64,000 nucleotides of DNA from positions 1 to 64,000 of the forward strand of contig JAQGDQ010000078.1 of the NCBI GenBank assembly GCA_030141605.1. The letters run 5' to 3'. Origin of the DNA: Tubiluchus corallicola. Taxonomy: Eukaryota > Animalia > Priapulida. Made by a program: the position numbers and the translations under genes. The notes below the pieces were generated by a model. That model was not told the origin of the DNA. It worked only from the letters and a program-made list of their open reading frames with translations, and made no database searches. The stretch's first letter is position 1; each line of letters begins with the position of its first letter. Shown here piece after piece: positions 13,101 through 55,078 of this stretch.

Positions 13101-15699
13101 GAAATTTAAAATCAAAATGCTAGAATAATTATAGTGATTGAACTTGTTAAAAATTATCTGCTTTTGATAATTTCTAACAGGCATCTTTATTATAGTGCTA
13201 CACGTGTTTCGTCCTACCAAGGACTTAGTCAGGGACTGTAAAAAAATCAAGCATTATTCACCAAGTGGTACTCAATACATAACCCCGCGTAACTTTCGTG
13301 TAACTGGGTTTTGGTGAATAATGATGTTTGATTTGTTTTACAGTCCCTGACGAATCCCTTAGCAGGGATTATACAGGTGTTTATTAAATGAGACTGAACT
13401 ATAGCTGCTTCATTACAAATGTCGCCAAGATAATTTCTAAGCTTAATTGACACTCTGCATATATTATTAGTTGTAATTTACTACGGTTTAAGATTTCGCA
13501 AATATAACTGGTTAGTATTTATTATAGTTTCCTCGACCAATAATTATATTGTTACCCCCCATTGCTATCAATAAACTAGAATTAAATTCATTTGTGGAAA
13601 ATTTTGAAATTAATTACTACTAATTACGTTGGACAATCGGTAGAGAACGTCAGAAAGAAAAAAATCGACTTCCAAAAGAAGGAACGGATACGTTTTCTGT
13701 AAACCGGGTATGTACTAGGCGCAAATTTGAAAAATATTCTAATTACAAATTAGTAATAACGTAGAGAGAAGATAAAGTTAAATAATAATTAGGCCTAAAT
13801 TTTTACGCACATTTTATTTACAAGACCTATAAGACAAGTGAAGTGATATATATGGCCTCTGCACACTTAATGATATCTCTATTACTAGCCAGCTAAGTCA
13901 TTACATAGAGAATTTAAGAAAAAATTATCTGTTAGACTGGTTCATGACATTACAGGGAAATTAAGCCCATAATATGTATAAACTTGTACGAGCTGAACCA
14001 CAGTCACATGACTACAATCTCTTGGTATAATTCAAGAAACTGGCTCACTCACAAGCTTTTTTCACATTACTGTGCTATGTACAGGTCAGAGACATACAAT
14101 ATGTAAACTGTGCTTTGGATCTCTGTTGAAACCCAAGTTAATGAAATGAATTGACTACGTTATATATATACTTATATAGTGCAATTAATTAAGTCCACAT
14201 ATAGGACAGTAATAGTTATATCATCAACAAAAAAGTATATACAGTGTATATCATTACGTAACATTATGACAGCTTTTCCAAGTTAGAAACACAGTTAAGC
14301 TGTATTATAAATACGTTAAAAACTAGAGCTTAGTTTTTTACGAACTATTAGCAATATATTTTCATGTTAGAGAGTTAACTCTGTTACAGCACATACGAAC
14401 TTATTACGAGCCATTCTTACTCATTATTGAATTTCTTTTGTTCGGATATAACAAAACAGTAGGAAAAAATTGTTCCGGTTTTTCATATAAGCTAGATCTC
14501 AAATCATCATGCAATATCACATAAACTAGTTGTATTTTAGATTAATATCATAACACACTTGCAGCTTTCAAACGTAGACTTTAGACAAAACTATATAATT
14601 GACTACATAATTACATTACTAGCCGAGATTTAACTGCGCCATATGTGGCGGTAGATTATACAAAGCACCCCCCCCCCCACCACCCCCACCCCAACAGCCG
14701 GCATTCTCTCTGCCTACTCTGCCACTTTTTTTCTAATTACAAGCTTGCACAAATTGCTCAAATAAATTAGATGACACGGGCCATTCAGTGCATGTTTGCC
14801 CAAGCATAATCTTCTACAAGCGACTATTAACCCTGTCTCCAATCTCAACGCGCAGTTATCAGCCTTAATTGCAATTACTCCGCGAGCTTATGTCAATTAT
14901 TGATCAACTGTCTATATTTATAATCAAGAGTTATCTACGTATATAACACAGTTTTAGAACGTTGTTTGTGCATGTATAGTTGGGTTTATCCACACATGAG
15001 GGTTTGATGTTGTTTTTATGTTTCGTAATGTGATATGTACCATCTTGTACTTATATCATTGGTTTTTGTATGTAATGCCCGTATGCTATTGCAAACTTGT
15101 TTTCACCCAATAAATTATAATCACTTTTAAAAAACACCAAGGAAAACTTATTACTTCTCCATCTTATCGGAAATAAAATCCTGTTATTTTGTTAAATGTC
15201 CCCGAATAAACAACGAATTTTTTATCATTTTTAATAAAAGCTATATTTTCTGTTGCACACTAGCACCCATCATCATCAGCAGTAGTTATCATTGATACAT
15301 TAAGAATTTGAAAACTCTGAAATCTTACTTCATTATTTACGGAGATAAAAGTTAGTCAAAACATCATAGGTTAATTTAGGACCAATCAGTAATTAAACAA
15401 ATTATATTGTTTCACATCGTCTCCAAAATGATATCAATTAATGTTAAAAGGTTTAAATATTTATTTTCTACCATGATTAGAGGTGCAATTAATTTTACAG
15501 AAAACCCGAGAAAAACGCATTACTATAAACAATGGGGCATAAACACGAGCACTTATGTAGGCGCCATTACGAAACCAGATTACTTACATGAGAAAAACTG
15601 AGCCATAAATGACTAAACAACATTGACTTTTCTTTGACACGTCAACTCTCATCAAACCTCCTGCAAATTACAACTAATATGATGGCTTAAACTTGAGCA

Positions 15700-16460
15700 A
15701 ATCAGCAACAGTTTGCGGCAGTTTACCACAGCGAGGACGCGCCAGCCATTTGCACGTCAATGCTAGCCATTTATAATATTTTATGATCATCGTAATTTAA
15801 TGTTTATGTAATTATTGTTGGCTGCGTGGAGATTGGAGATGTTAGAGATACGGAACGAGGCGTGCTGAGGAGGTGTTACTCGCACGACGTTAGCGCTTAC
15901 TAGAGCTCCGCCTTTCCGCTATTCTGCAATCGTCTGTATGGACGGCTCGCCGCGTGACGTGTGTACCGGATTATCTACACTTGTTGCTAACATAAGATCT
16001 ACGGCTTCGCGTCATCACGGTAAAGATCTAACATCTAAAGAAAGTGTTAATGAAGCCAGTGAGTTTTGTTAGAACAGGAAGTATTTTCCGAGCTTTTCTA
16101 TGCAGTTAGATTAATGTATAACTTTCGTACGCTGATTATCATTGAGATCAGCATTCGATAAAAAAACCAAAGAGCCGAACGAGCGTTTTTCTTTACACAC
16201 GATGTCAAATCTCTGTCAGTACGACGCACGCGCTTACAAACAACTTACGTAAACAGTGAATATTCATAAGACATCGCACGCGGATGAAGTAAAGTCCTTT
16301 TAAAACTGACGTGTCCAATTGCTTAGAAAATATTAAACTTTCTATGAACGGCGTCAGCGGTTTTGATTACTACTCTGAAGCGAATGAGATTTTCTGGAAA
16401 AGTTAAACAGATTTAAATACAGTAATATTATCAAAAGACGTCTTATGCAGTAAAATAAGT
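15700..16460 (+). promoter_or_regulatory. Probable Tbx20 promoter / 5'UTR region
   Basis: Locally CpG-richer than the flanks, immediately upstream of the ATG, with CRE-like TGACGT motifs (~15955, ~16307). Transcription start not identifiable. Confidence 0.45.
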
Positions 16461-33487
<17,027 letters not shown>

Positions 33488-33677
33488 TCATTACAATATT
33501 GTCATGGTATTCACCATTACAGTGTATAGGAATTTTATCATAATTGTATATGTATAAGTTTATTATTCACTGTGTAATCAAGATATTGAAAAATGTTTGT
33601 TGTTGCAGCCATGATCATTCTGAACATAAAATTGGTATTATATAACTAGATTTTAAATTTGTTTGATTTTAGGTCTA

Positions 33678-33860
33678 CAGTGAAACCTCATTATACGCCC
33701 CACCCCTTTATGATGCTAACCTTGCTTAATGCCCAAACTTTTGGCAAAACAAAATGTTTATATTTGTGTAGATAATGTATTTATATACCTTCGTTAAAAT
33801 GGCAAACTCGTTTAATGCCAAATAGTCCCAAAGTAGGCGGTATAAGGAATGACTAGTTAA
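33678..33860 (+). mobile_element. Degenerate pogo/Tigger-like MITE downstream of the Tbx20 stop
   Basis: Starts TA|CAGTGAAACCTC, a typical pogo/Tigger-type terminus; partial inverted match ttatacgcc / ggcggtataa near 33836. Confidence 0.45.
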
Positions 33861-35291
33861 ATGAGTGTCATACTGATTATATAATACATATGTCACATCT
33901 AAATTAGCACCATGCCATTGTATAATTATTGATAATAATTTTTATTATTATCATTAATATTTACATGACATGAACTCAAATATGAAAATTGTTAATATCA
34001 AATAAAAAAATTGATTTTGAGTTATTTTGAGAGCTGACATTTAGTTAAATAAGGTAAGGAAATATTTTATTCAAAATGAAAAAATGTTTTGACTTTAACA
34101 TTTTTATAATTGTTGATGCACTGTGATAATTGTGGCTTATGGTTCTTTTTCTGCCACTGCAATGCAGAAACATCCGAGATTTGCCTGCATAAACTGGCAT
34201 TTACCAGACATCCAGAATGCGTTATGCCTTATCCACCTGCGGAATAAAAAAAATCAAAAGAAAATAGCTGCAGAAAAAATAACGCATGACACAGGTATGA
34301 TAAACGGGTGCACTGAAAACAATATAAACCGATTTCATCTATTCTGCACACCCATAACGCATACACCTTCCGAATGCTAGGTAAACGCCACTTAATGCAT
34401 ACATTCGGTGTTCTTATGTTACGATGAAAATGTGTCATTTCCTGTTCATTCTATGTATTTGAAGAAGATGGACGAAGAAAAGTGAAAAAAATCACAAGTA
34501 ATAAAAAATGATTATTTAACAGTTTAATACTCTTGACATTAATTCTAATACACATGATTTTGCATAAAAACCAACAGTTTTGTAAAATCTAAAACATTTG
34601 ATATAACTACAGCATATAAAGTTTGTTGAAAAACACAACCATCATTGTTAACATTTCACATATATAAGAATAAGAAACAACTTACTAAACACATGGGAAA
34701 TACAGAACTGCAACCCTAAAGTGAGCATTAGCTTTTCAAAAAAAAAACAATTTTCTAAAAATTTAATTTGATTTTTTTATCTAGTAAAATATGCACAATG
34801 AACTTGTCTTGTCAACACAGACAAGTTTTAATGTTAAACTAAGGATTAAAAAGTTAACAAAACCATTATTAAACAACAATAAATTACTGTGTTTCACAAC
34901 AAAAATTTTAGTAAATACTTTAGAGAAAATGCTAGAGAAAATAATTTAATTTACTAATTTAGTATACTTGTACAATGGTTGATAAACTGCAAAAAAGTTG
35001 CGTAAATTAAATTTGAGTAAATAAATAAATTAAGTGTTAAAAAATTATATCTAACAAAGCATCATTGTAAGTCATGGTGGAAGATCACAAAAGCACAACA
35101 CTGAATCTAGATGCACAATGCAACAACCAAGAAAGAGTTAATACAAACTTACAATTGTACAACAAGAAAAGCAAATTCATTACTTTCATTTATACTTCCA
35201 GTCCTGGTCTGTTAGTTGCTAATTAGTTCTTATCCCTCATTTACATTAGGCTGAAAACACTCTAACCGTCTTTGACTTTTTTGATCCGGAA

Positions 35292-35384
35292 TTACTGCAA
35301 GCAGTCACACAACTAGAAAAACCACTATGAATACTGGAAAGGGTTTTACTGCAAGTAGTCCCACAACTAGAAAAACCACTATGA
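35292..35384 (+). repeat. Two-copy direct repeat, period 54 bp (ttactgcaag.agtc.cacaactagaaaaaccactatga)
   Basis: Direct reading; lies between the two stop codons. Confidence 0.85.
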
Positions 35385-36628
35385 GTTTCTGTAGTATAAA
35401 CAAGGCTTTAATATATCATAAATAAATCACACAGGATGCTTAGTTTTGAATACTTCAAACATGCAGTTCATACAATCAGAGAGTGCAATAGCATTTAATG
35501 CTTTGCAGACACCATTGTACTATCAATTTTACCATCACAACTGTCAATCAGATCATTTTCAATTATTGATATGTAAACAACAATATTACAAACAATAAAA
35601 GCAAATGACACAGTAAGCCTCTTCACAGTTTCGTTGTGCACACGTGCAGTTGATGTAGGTTAAAGGTTATGTGTACCACAGCAACACGTCTTAACTACAA
35701 CCGCACATGACGTGTGTAAAGCAAACAATCTGCCACATCAGTTCAGTAACTTCAGTTGTTTTATGTGGACTTTACATAATTATGCATTAGTATGTGCGTA
35801 GAATGATTTACTAGCAGGACCTTGCTTGGGAACAAGAAAAATGAACTAAGTAAGGTTCTAGCTAGTTGTTAAAACTGTTACTATTATAATAGCATGAGCT
35901 ACAAGGTGTTGTCAAGTGTACACAAGTGTGTTGTCTGGTACACTTAACCTTAGACCTTTTCAAGATCATCATTAATTGCTGGAATTGTGAAAAAGCTTAT
36001 TATTAGGCTAGCAATGAGATTCTTAGATTGTCTATTTGTCACTCTGAACACAATGTTGACGTTGTTGAACTTTTTTCCAGCTGCAAAAACGTAAATCAAT
36101 ACATACACTGATCACTCAAAATAGTTGAAAACCAGATCACAGAATATCAGTTGGTAATAAGGAGTTACAATAACATCAATAGAACAGTACAAAGTGCTAA
36201 ATTAATTATAGTAGTCAACTAATCCTATAGTAGAGTAAAAAATTGTAGACTGGAATAGGAAAAAATCATCAAAAAAGGTAAGGTATGTCATGCATTGCTA
36301 AGTTAAACTTTTATTACATAGTGTAACTCAGCATGTTGAGGACTTTACAGACAATGCATGTAAATTATTAATTACAATAACTTTGAAAGCTACACATGTC
36401 CAATAAACAACCAACAACAGTCAAACTACTTTAAACTCCATTATATACACTTGTACATCAACAATCGTAAGGAAATTACTATTCATAATTAAAGATACAT
36501 TTATCAACAGTTCTTTACTAAACAACAAAACTCGGCTAACTGAGATTATGCAGCAGTATTAACGAGCAAAACATCGCGTTACGGAATGAGACACAAGAAA
36601 GACAACCAAGTTACTAACTTTTTAGTTA

Positions 36629-48733
<12,105 letters not shown>

Positions 48734-51447
48734 CTGAAAAACAACAGGAAAAAACGATAAGCAATTTAATAGTTATTCATTATGAATATTAACCGACATA
48801 TAGTAAAGTAAAAATATTTAGGCTACTAATGTGGTCAAAGCAAATATTGAAATAGTAAAGCACAGAGGTGACTCAGTGAAGTAGAGTATAACAAAAATAA
48901 TATTTGCCTCTTTAATCAATCGTGTATTATGTAACACAGCATCACGAAAGCATATCCACTCACAACAGGTTCACACAGAAGAAATATTTGAGAATTACAG
49001 AAGTCAACAAAACTGTGACTGTGATAAAAAATTCACAGTTGCAATTAAAACGCTACGCAAACTGAAAGGTTGAAAATTTCGTATCGCCGTATACAGAGTG
49101 TGACTTCATAAATCCTGGCTAAATCTCCTAGTAATTTCGCCTTTCAGTTACTATTGAGCCACGATACAGGTGGCAATCACCTGATTACCTTGTCCTGTTT
49201 TGGAAGATGAAAGCTAATTAATCTGGCGGATTATTAACACGTCGTTCAAATAATTAGATAGCGGGCGCTTAATATATATTTAATTTTTATTTATGAATAA
49301 GGTAACCAAATTCATATTTTTGCTGACATATAAAGATCCACAATATTTCCAAATGAGCGAAAGTGATAATCAGCTTTGCTATTAAAAATAATCTGCCAGT
49401 TAAATAAGCATGAATCTGTTAACTGACATTTTCTCCCAACATGATGGGGCAGGAAATACGCCTGGTTGGTAGTTTAACAAAGACAAATCAAGATGAGAGA
49501 CCTTGGATGAGCGATCAATACAGAAATTAAAGGGTATAATGTAAAATTAAAGAAAGGTAAGCCTCTGAGAAAGAAAATAAAAATTCTACTGTTGAATAAG
49601 ATTAGATCAAGGTAGAAATTAAATACATTAAAATTTAATATAGGTAATTAATATTGCACTAACTTTCTTACTATTGAAAACTATACATTACTGCAAATTT
49701 AATTCTCAACAATACTGAACTGAAGAAGGGGTGCTGACAAACTGCAAGCATAGCAGTGTCAAATTTTTTGCTGAATTACTGTTGCGTTTACCTGTTTGAG
49801 GAAAGTTTTCTTTTAGTTCAGAATTCTGCCTGCCCAGTATCTGCAGTAGATGTAATGAGTATATGATGATGACGATGATCACGATGACGACGGTGATGTA
49901 CTGAGTCACTTTTTAAGTCGCGTTTCTTAATTTTTTATTCAAAAAGAAATTAAAAATCCAAAGAAAGTACTGCACAAATTGGCATATTTGCGCATAACCT
50001 GGAGACTGTTAAGATAGAAAAAAAAACGTCAAATGGCAGTCTGGATCTGCCCGGAAGGGTCGCAGGAGTTTGTATGTACATAGTCAAACTAAAACAGAGA
50101 GAAAACTATATATATTCGACTACGCAGACTGGACAACTGCTTTAATTATAGAACACGAGAAAGTTATAGAACAATATACTTTTTCTATATAACAACGTAT
50201 ATGCATATACAGAGTTACAGATTGTTACAATTGGGGTGCAGAAGACAGATGTTTAACGCAGCTGCAATTAATAATTTTAATTAAGAAGGCCTTTTATTCC
50301 TTATTGGCGACGTTACCTACTCCCAAGTACATGATGTTATGACGATATTACACGTTACTGCGTGTAAAAATTACGAGTTTTTTACCTCGTTGTGCAGCTA
50401 ACGTAGCAATGCAGTCACAATATTGCTTCGGGTTTTGGAGTCACATATTTTTAAATGAAAGGAGTGTATATCCATCAGAATTTTTTGTGAACTGTATTAC
50501 TATAGTACTTGCACTTTTGTTATTATACAGTAACATTTTCAAATAAATAATATTTCGCAAGCAGCGATGTAGCGTCATGAACTGTGTTTATGGGCTTATT
50601 GTTGCTACTAATAAAAGCTGAAAATGTCTTCGCAAGAAAAATAAAATACAAAACAAGGAAAAATTGACATTTCAAGTTCTCAGTTCTAAGAAATCCACGA
50701 GTGCCTGAATTCAACTAAACGGGAATGAACACAGCAAACACGCCTCTCACTTGACAATGATTATATACGTTACCTTCGTCTTAAGATCCTGTTTATACTT
50801 TTGGTCTTTCAAACAACAATGACGGGAGAAAATGGAATTTAGATTAGCCCGCAAAAGAAATAATCTATCATTCATACGAATTAAAAACTTGAGCAATTAC
50901 ATCATTATTACTGTAAAACAGAAATTAAGTTCAGCTGTTGTACTTACAAGGTTAACTAAATGTTTAGTAATGAAGCAGAACCGTATAATTACGCTAATTA
51001 ATATTTCTGCAGGTATGATAATAAGTTTAACCTCTGGCTGCGGCACTTTTGAACGTAATGAGTCGGCGGACATATTGATATGACCACTGCCACGAGCCTC
51101 TCAACTAACCAAGGTTAGGTTTTTTATGGTGAGATGCGTTGAATAATGTTAATCAAGGTTAACCTTATGTAAAGATCCTCGAACTTGTTGGTTAATACTG
51201 TAAGTTATAAACATTTATGGCCTATGGACATAAGCAATCGAAAGATCAGAAGTATCACCTCTGGCAAAGCCTACGTACAGTATACACAACAGGCGAAACA
51301 ACTTTGAAAACGATTTCACAAACGTTTATGTTACCCTAGGGGAAACTTTCAAAGCGCATATAACAATTGTTCGCCCACACCTATGCTATATAGTAAAAAG
51401 TCTAGTAACACACAAACCTTATAGTATTTAAAAACTTCGATACATAC

Positions 51448-53689
51448 ATTTTGAGTGTCGTTGAGTTTTCTTGTTTTCCTTATCAGCATGTTTGTTGTTA
51501 CTGGACCCACCGCCATTTGCATCTGCATTGCAGACAGTGTTGTCTCGCGGAGGTAGAGGTGGAGGGAACGGTAACAGGGCTGAGGGTCTGCTATCGTTTA
51601 ACCGCCTGTCACTTTCCGAGCGAAACAACTCGTACTTGCGCATGTACTTTTCTTTCAGTTTACACAGCCTAACATTCTCTGATTTGTGATGGTTAGTATC
51701 ACTGAGATCTCCATGAGAACCTGTACGTAGTACAACATTAGTATCTGAAAGCCTCTCGATGATTTTTCTGGGTTTTAGTCTGGAACTGAAAGATCTAATG
51801 TTCTTTACGAGCTTTGATTTGTCAAGAAGCAAGTTATCATCTTTATTAGAACTCGTGGAGTTGTCCACGGGTTCAACGTCAATGGTACCATTTGTCAGAT
51901 TACCCATGCTTTTCAAATCTTCGATAAATAACACTTTTTTTCCAGTAACTTTGCTTTTATTATCACAGTTTTTATCAATATCACCATTAAGCATGTTACC
52001 ATTGCATGCATTGTCACAGCTCTCTACTTGGTCAACAATTATACTATTCATTTGAAGTATGCTTTCCAAAAGAGGATCATCAGAGGGACAGGTATCTACA
52101 CTTTCTTTAGCACATTGGTGACTTTCAGTCTGATTAATTCTTTCGTCCTTCTCAACAGTATTTTTCTTTTTGCTGTCTCTGCTTGGTTTACTTCTAATTT
52201 TTTCACGCCTTTGGCCCTTTCTCCTTCTTCGACTGTCAGTTACGTCCTTTGACACAATCGCTATATTTTCATTAATTGGAAACAATGTTTTTGTGACAAC
52301 ATTGCTTTCGGGATTATCATCAACTTCACGTTTATCTACACAGAGTTCACACCCATTTTCTAGTTTGCAACGTAGATTGTCATCTTTTGCTGACACTTTC
52401 TCATCATTAGCTGGTATAACATCACTAGCATCACTTTTATGCAACACTTCCACAGTTTTTCGTCGGTATTTTTTACGCACAGGTTTAAGTGGCACACTAT
52501 TATCCGCCATGTTTAAATCGTGCCCTTGACTTTTAATTTCACAGCACGTAGGCTGCTGCCTCGACTGCCTCGTGGTCGTTAAATGATGAGTTTGGGTAAC
52601 AGGTTTGTGCCCGCAATCGTGCACCAGTGGTGCAGAACACTCATATTTACTTTTCCTGCAGTCATAATTGTTTAGCCCATCCTGTTGTTTTTTCTTAAAC
52701 GCCTCGACGCCGTTTCTACCTACATTAGTATCCTGTACTGCATTCTCGGATGACGAAGCGTTCACATTACATCCTGCAATGAGTGTATAAATCTGTTCAG
52801 TCTCTTCAAAACACTGTTGCACCTTTACTGACTTGCCACGTATGTTAGAATCTGTGTCGTGTTCCTCAAATACTCCTTTAGTTATACCAGTATTTTTGTT
52901 CGACTGTTTCACAAAATACTGTGAATTGGCCTGTAACCACTGACGTGTCCTGTCTGACTTTTTTTCAGGCGGTGATAGACTAGAATGTTTTAAACTAATC
53001 CTCCGTTTCACATGGGCATTGGGTTTTTTCTTACGAACTTTTTGTGTCGTAATTTTTACGTATTTTGAAGTCGAGTCCAGACCAGAAGCTTCCTCTTTTT
53101 CTGGAAGCACTTTATTAGAAAGCGGCTGTTTACATAACAAATGACGGGTTCTCGTGTTAAGACGAACACCAGAATGATTTAGCCTTCCCTTTAAGGTGCT
53201 GACTTCATGCACAGCAGCACTGCCGTTGGTTGGTGTGCGTTTTTCCTCTTCTCCAGGATTTATTCCGTCAATAAATGTTACGCTCTTTCGCCTGTGTTCG
53301 TTTATTTCTTCCGGCATGACTTCCGCTATAAGATTCGACGCGTCAGGGTTCTCGTCAATCCCAGATTCATCACTTGATTGCTCTGGTATCAGCAACACAT
53401 AGCGATATCGCTTCTTCTTCTTCCTGCGTTTCGCAATTTTAGGAGCCTCTTTCATTTCAGCAGCATCTTCTAATTGTTTCCCTAATTTGCCCACCTCATA
53501 TTTTGAAAGTTCTTCTGCACGAGCAACTGAAAGGTCATTGATAGGAAAAGATGACTTAACAGCGGCTGAAATGTGAACTTCATCGCCACTGGAAATAACA
53601 TCGACATATTCTTTATCAGGAGTGTCATCATCCAACAAATTATTAAGATTCTGCGATTTCACCACCATTAGTTTCATTGTGAAATTCAA
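51448..53689 (-). CDS. Large (2242-nt) exon; putative alternative N-terminus of the Tec/Btk kinase (first ATG at 53677)
   Basis: 753-codon ORF in AT-rich DNA, same strand as the kinase. Preceded by tttttag (AG at 53691-53690). Ends AAA T|gtatgt at 51448 (phase 1); the next kinase exon starts TA, giving TTA (Leu) in frame. No recognisable globular domain. Confidence 0.7.
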
Positions 53690-55029
53690 CTAAAAACTAA
53701 AATCTATTCTGCCCATCTCATGTAGAGAAGCAACCGTTAACAAAGCGCTGTTAAATTGACTGTCACGTATAAAGCTCGCACTACAAAGTGGGTCGAACCA
53801 TGACTTCGATACTAACTCTTTCTCCGTTTAGCCGCTAACTATCTGCCCACTAAACGTGTCCAAAGAGGTGTCCATAATAATTAGATACCCACTAAGCTAA
53901 AACAGTAAACCGCGAGGCTGCCCACGCTGCATTTTTGTTTAGCATGCTGGACACAACATGCTCCTTAATAGCAATTTATTCACAAAGCGGGAGTTTTAAT
54001 GTCAGTTTGTAATGGCGTTCACACTGCAAGGTGATGGAAGTCGTTAAAAGTAGGTTCGCTAAAATAGTAAAATCAACAGACGAGAAAGTTTTTGACAATT
54101 AGGAATCAAACACCTTCCTAAAATGAAGAGTTGTGCTTCAAAAGCCCATATCGACTTCCTCAACTGTTTCTCAAATTGAAGTAATAAACTACTTTTTGAC
54201 TAACCACATAAACAGTTAGTAACAAAAATGAAAATGACGATGTAAAACGAAATGCGAGTGTCGTCAACGAGCACAGATTACAAACTGGATACACACACCA
54301 ACTTGGCGTACTAGAGCAAGGCACAAAGTAAAGACTATGAATAATGTGAAAATGAGCGGATATTCAAAACAGCACCATCCGTCTTGCTCCAGTAAATGTC
54401 CTATAAGAAATGGCAATCGTTTATCCTTGGGCCAAGCTTTAGTAATTAATGACAATACACGGTGAACAGCCTCCATACTACAACATCTATATAACAGCAC
54501 TTGTAATAAATAGTTTCTTTATGCAGAGAGGATTAGCCATGACGGTTTAAAAGTTGTAAGCCACATACTCGCTAAACGTCGCGGATAAGTAACAGACCTT
54601 ATACGGTCAGCAGTACAAACACACAAAGAAGCTTAAGACGAAGTACACGATAAATACACTGTCCGTCAATGTCAAGTTCACAGTATTCGATGGTTCAAAT
54701 ACGAACAACTCGAAACTGTTGATGTCTCACAACTGCCTTGCCCGCAAGTTAGCACAGAAGTCAGGATTTACGGGCCCACATAAAAATGACGTTTACGAAA
54801 TTATGATTGATGTTGACATAATTTAACAAGGTGACCACGGTCAAATATAAACACGGGTCACCCAATAATAAAATTATTAGACGCAGAAATCATTTAGGCT
54901 ACACGTTCTAAATTCATTTTTATAATACTGCGTGCATGGTCAATTGCACTGCATGCTGTAAAAGCTTTAAAAATATAACTAAACTTTAAACAGTAATAAG
55001 TTGGAGACGAGACAGCTAAGTTCGAGAAT

Positions 55030-55078
55030 AAGTCGCGCAACGCTGAGCCAGGTGACTAAATGGATGGGTGACCACCAG
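55030..55078 (+). mobile_element. 5S rRNA-derived fragment (SINE3-like or 5S pseudogene piece)
   Basis: aagtcgcgcaacgctgagccaggtgactaaatggatgggtgaccacc resembles the 5S internal control region (AAGxxAAGCAxxxTCGxGCCxGGTTAGTACTTGGATGGGxGACCG). Confidence 0.55.

Noticed and set aside
49706-49909. Hydrophobic VVIVIIVIII segment as a transmembrane anchor for the kinase
   Set aside because: Derives from a (GAT/GAC)n repeat and starts at GTG; only the 3' part is kept as a weak exon candidate.
51451-53402. Plus-strand ORFs within the 753-aa ORF
   Set aside because: Antisense shadows of the minus-strand coding exon.
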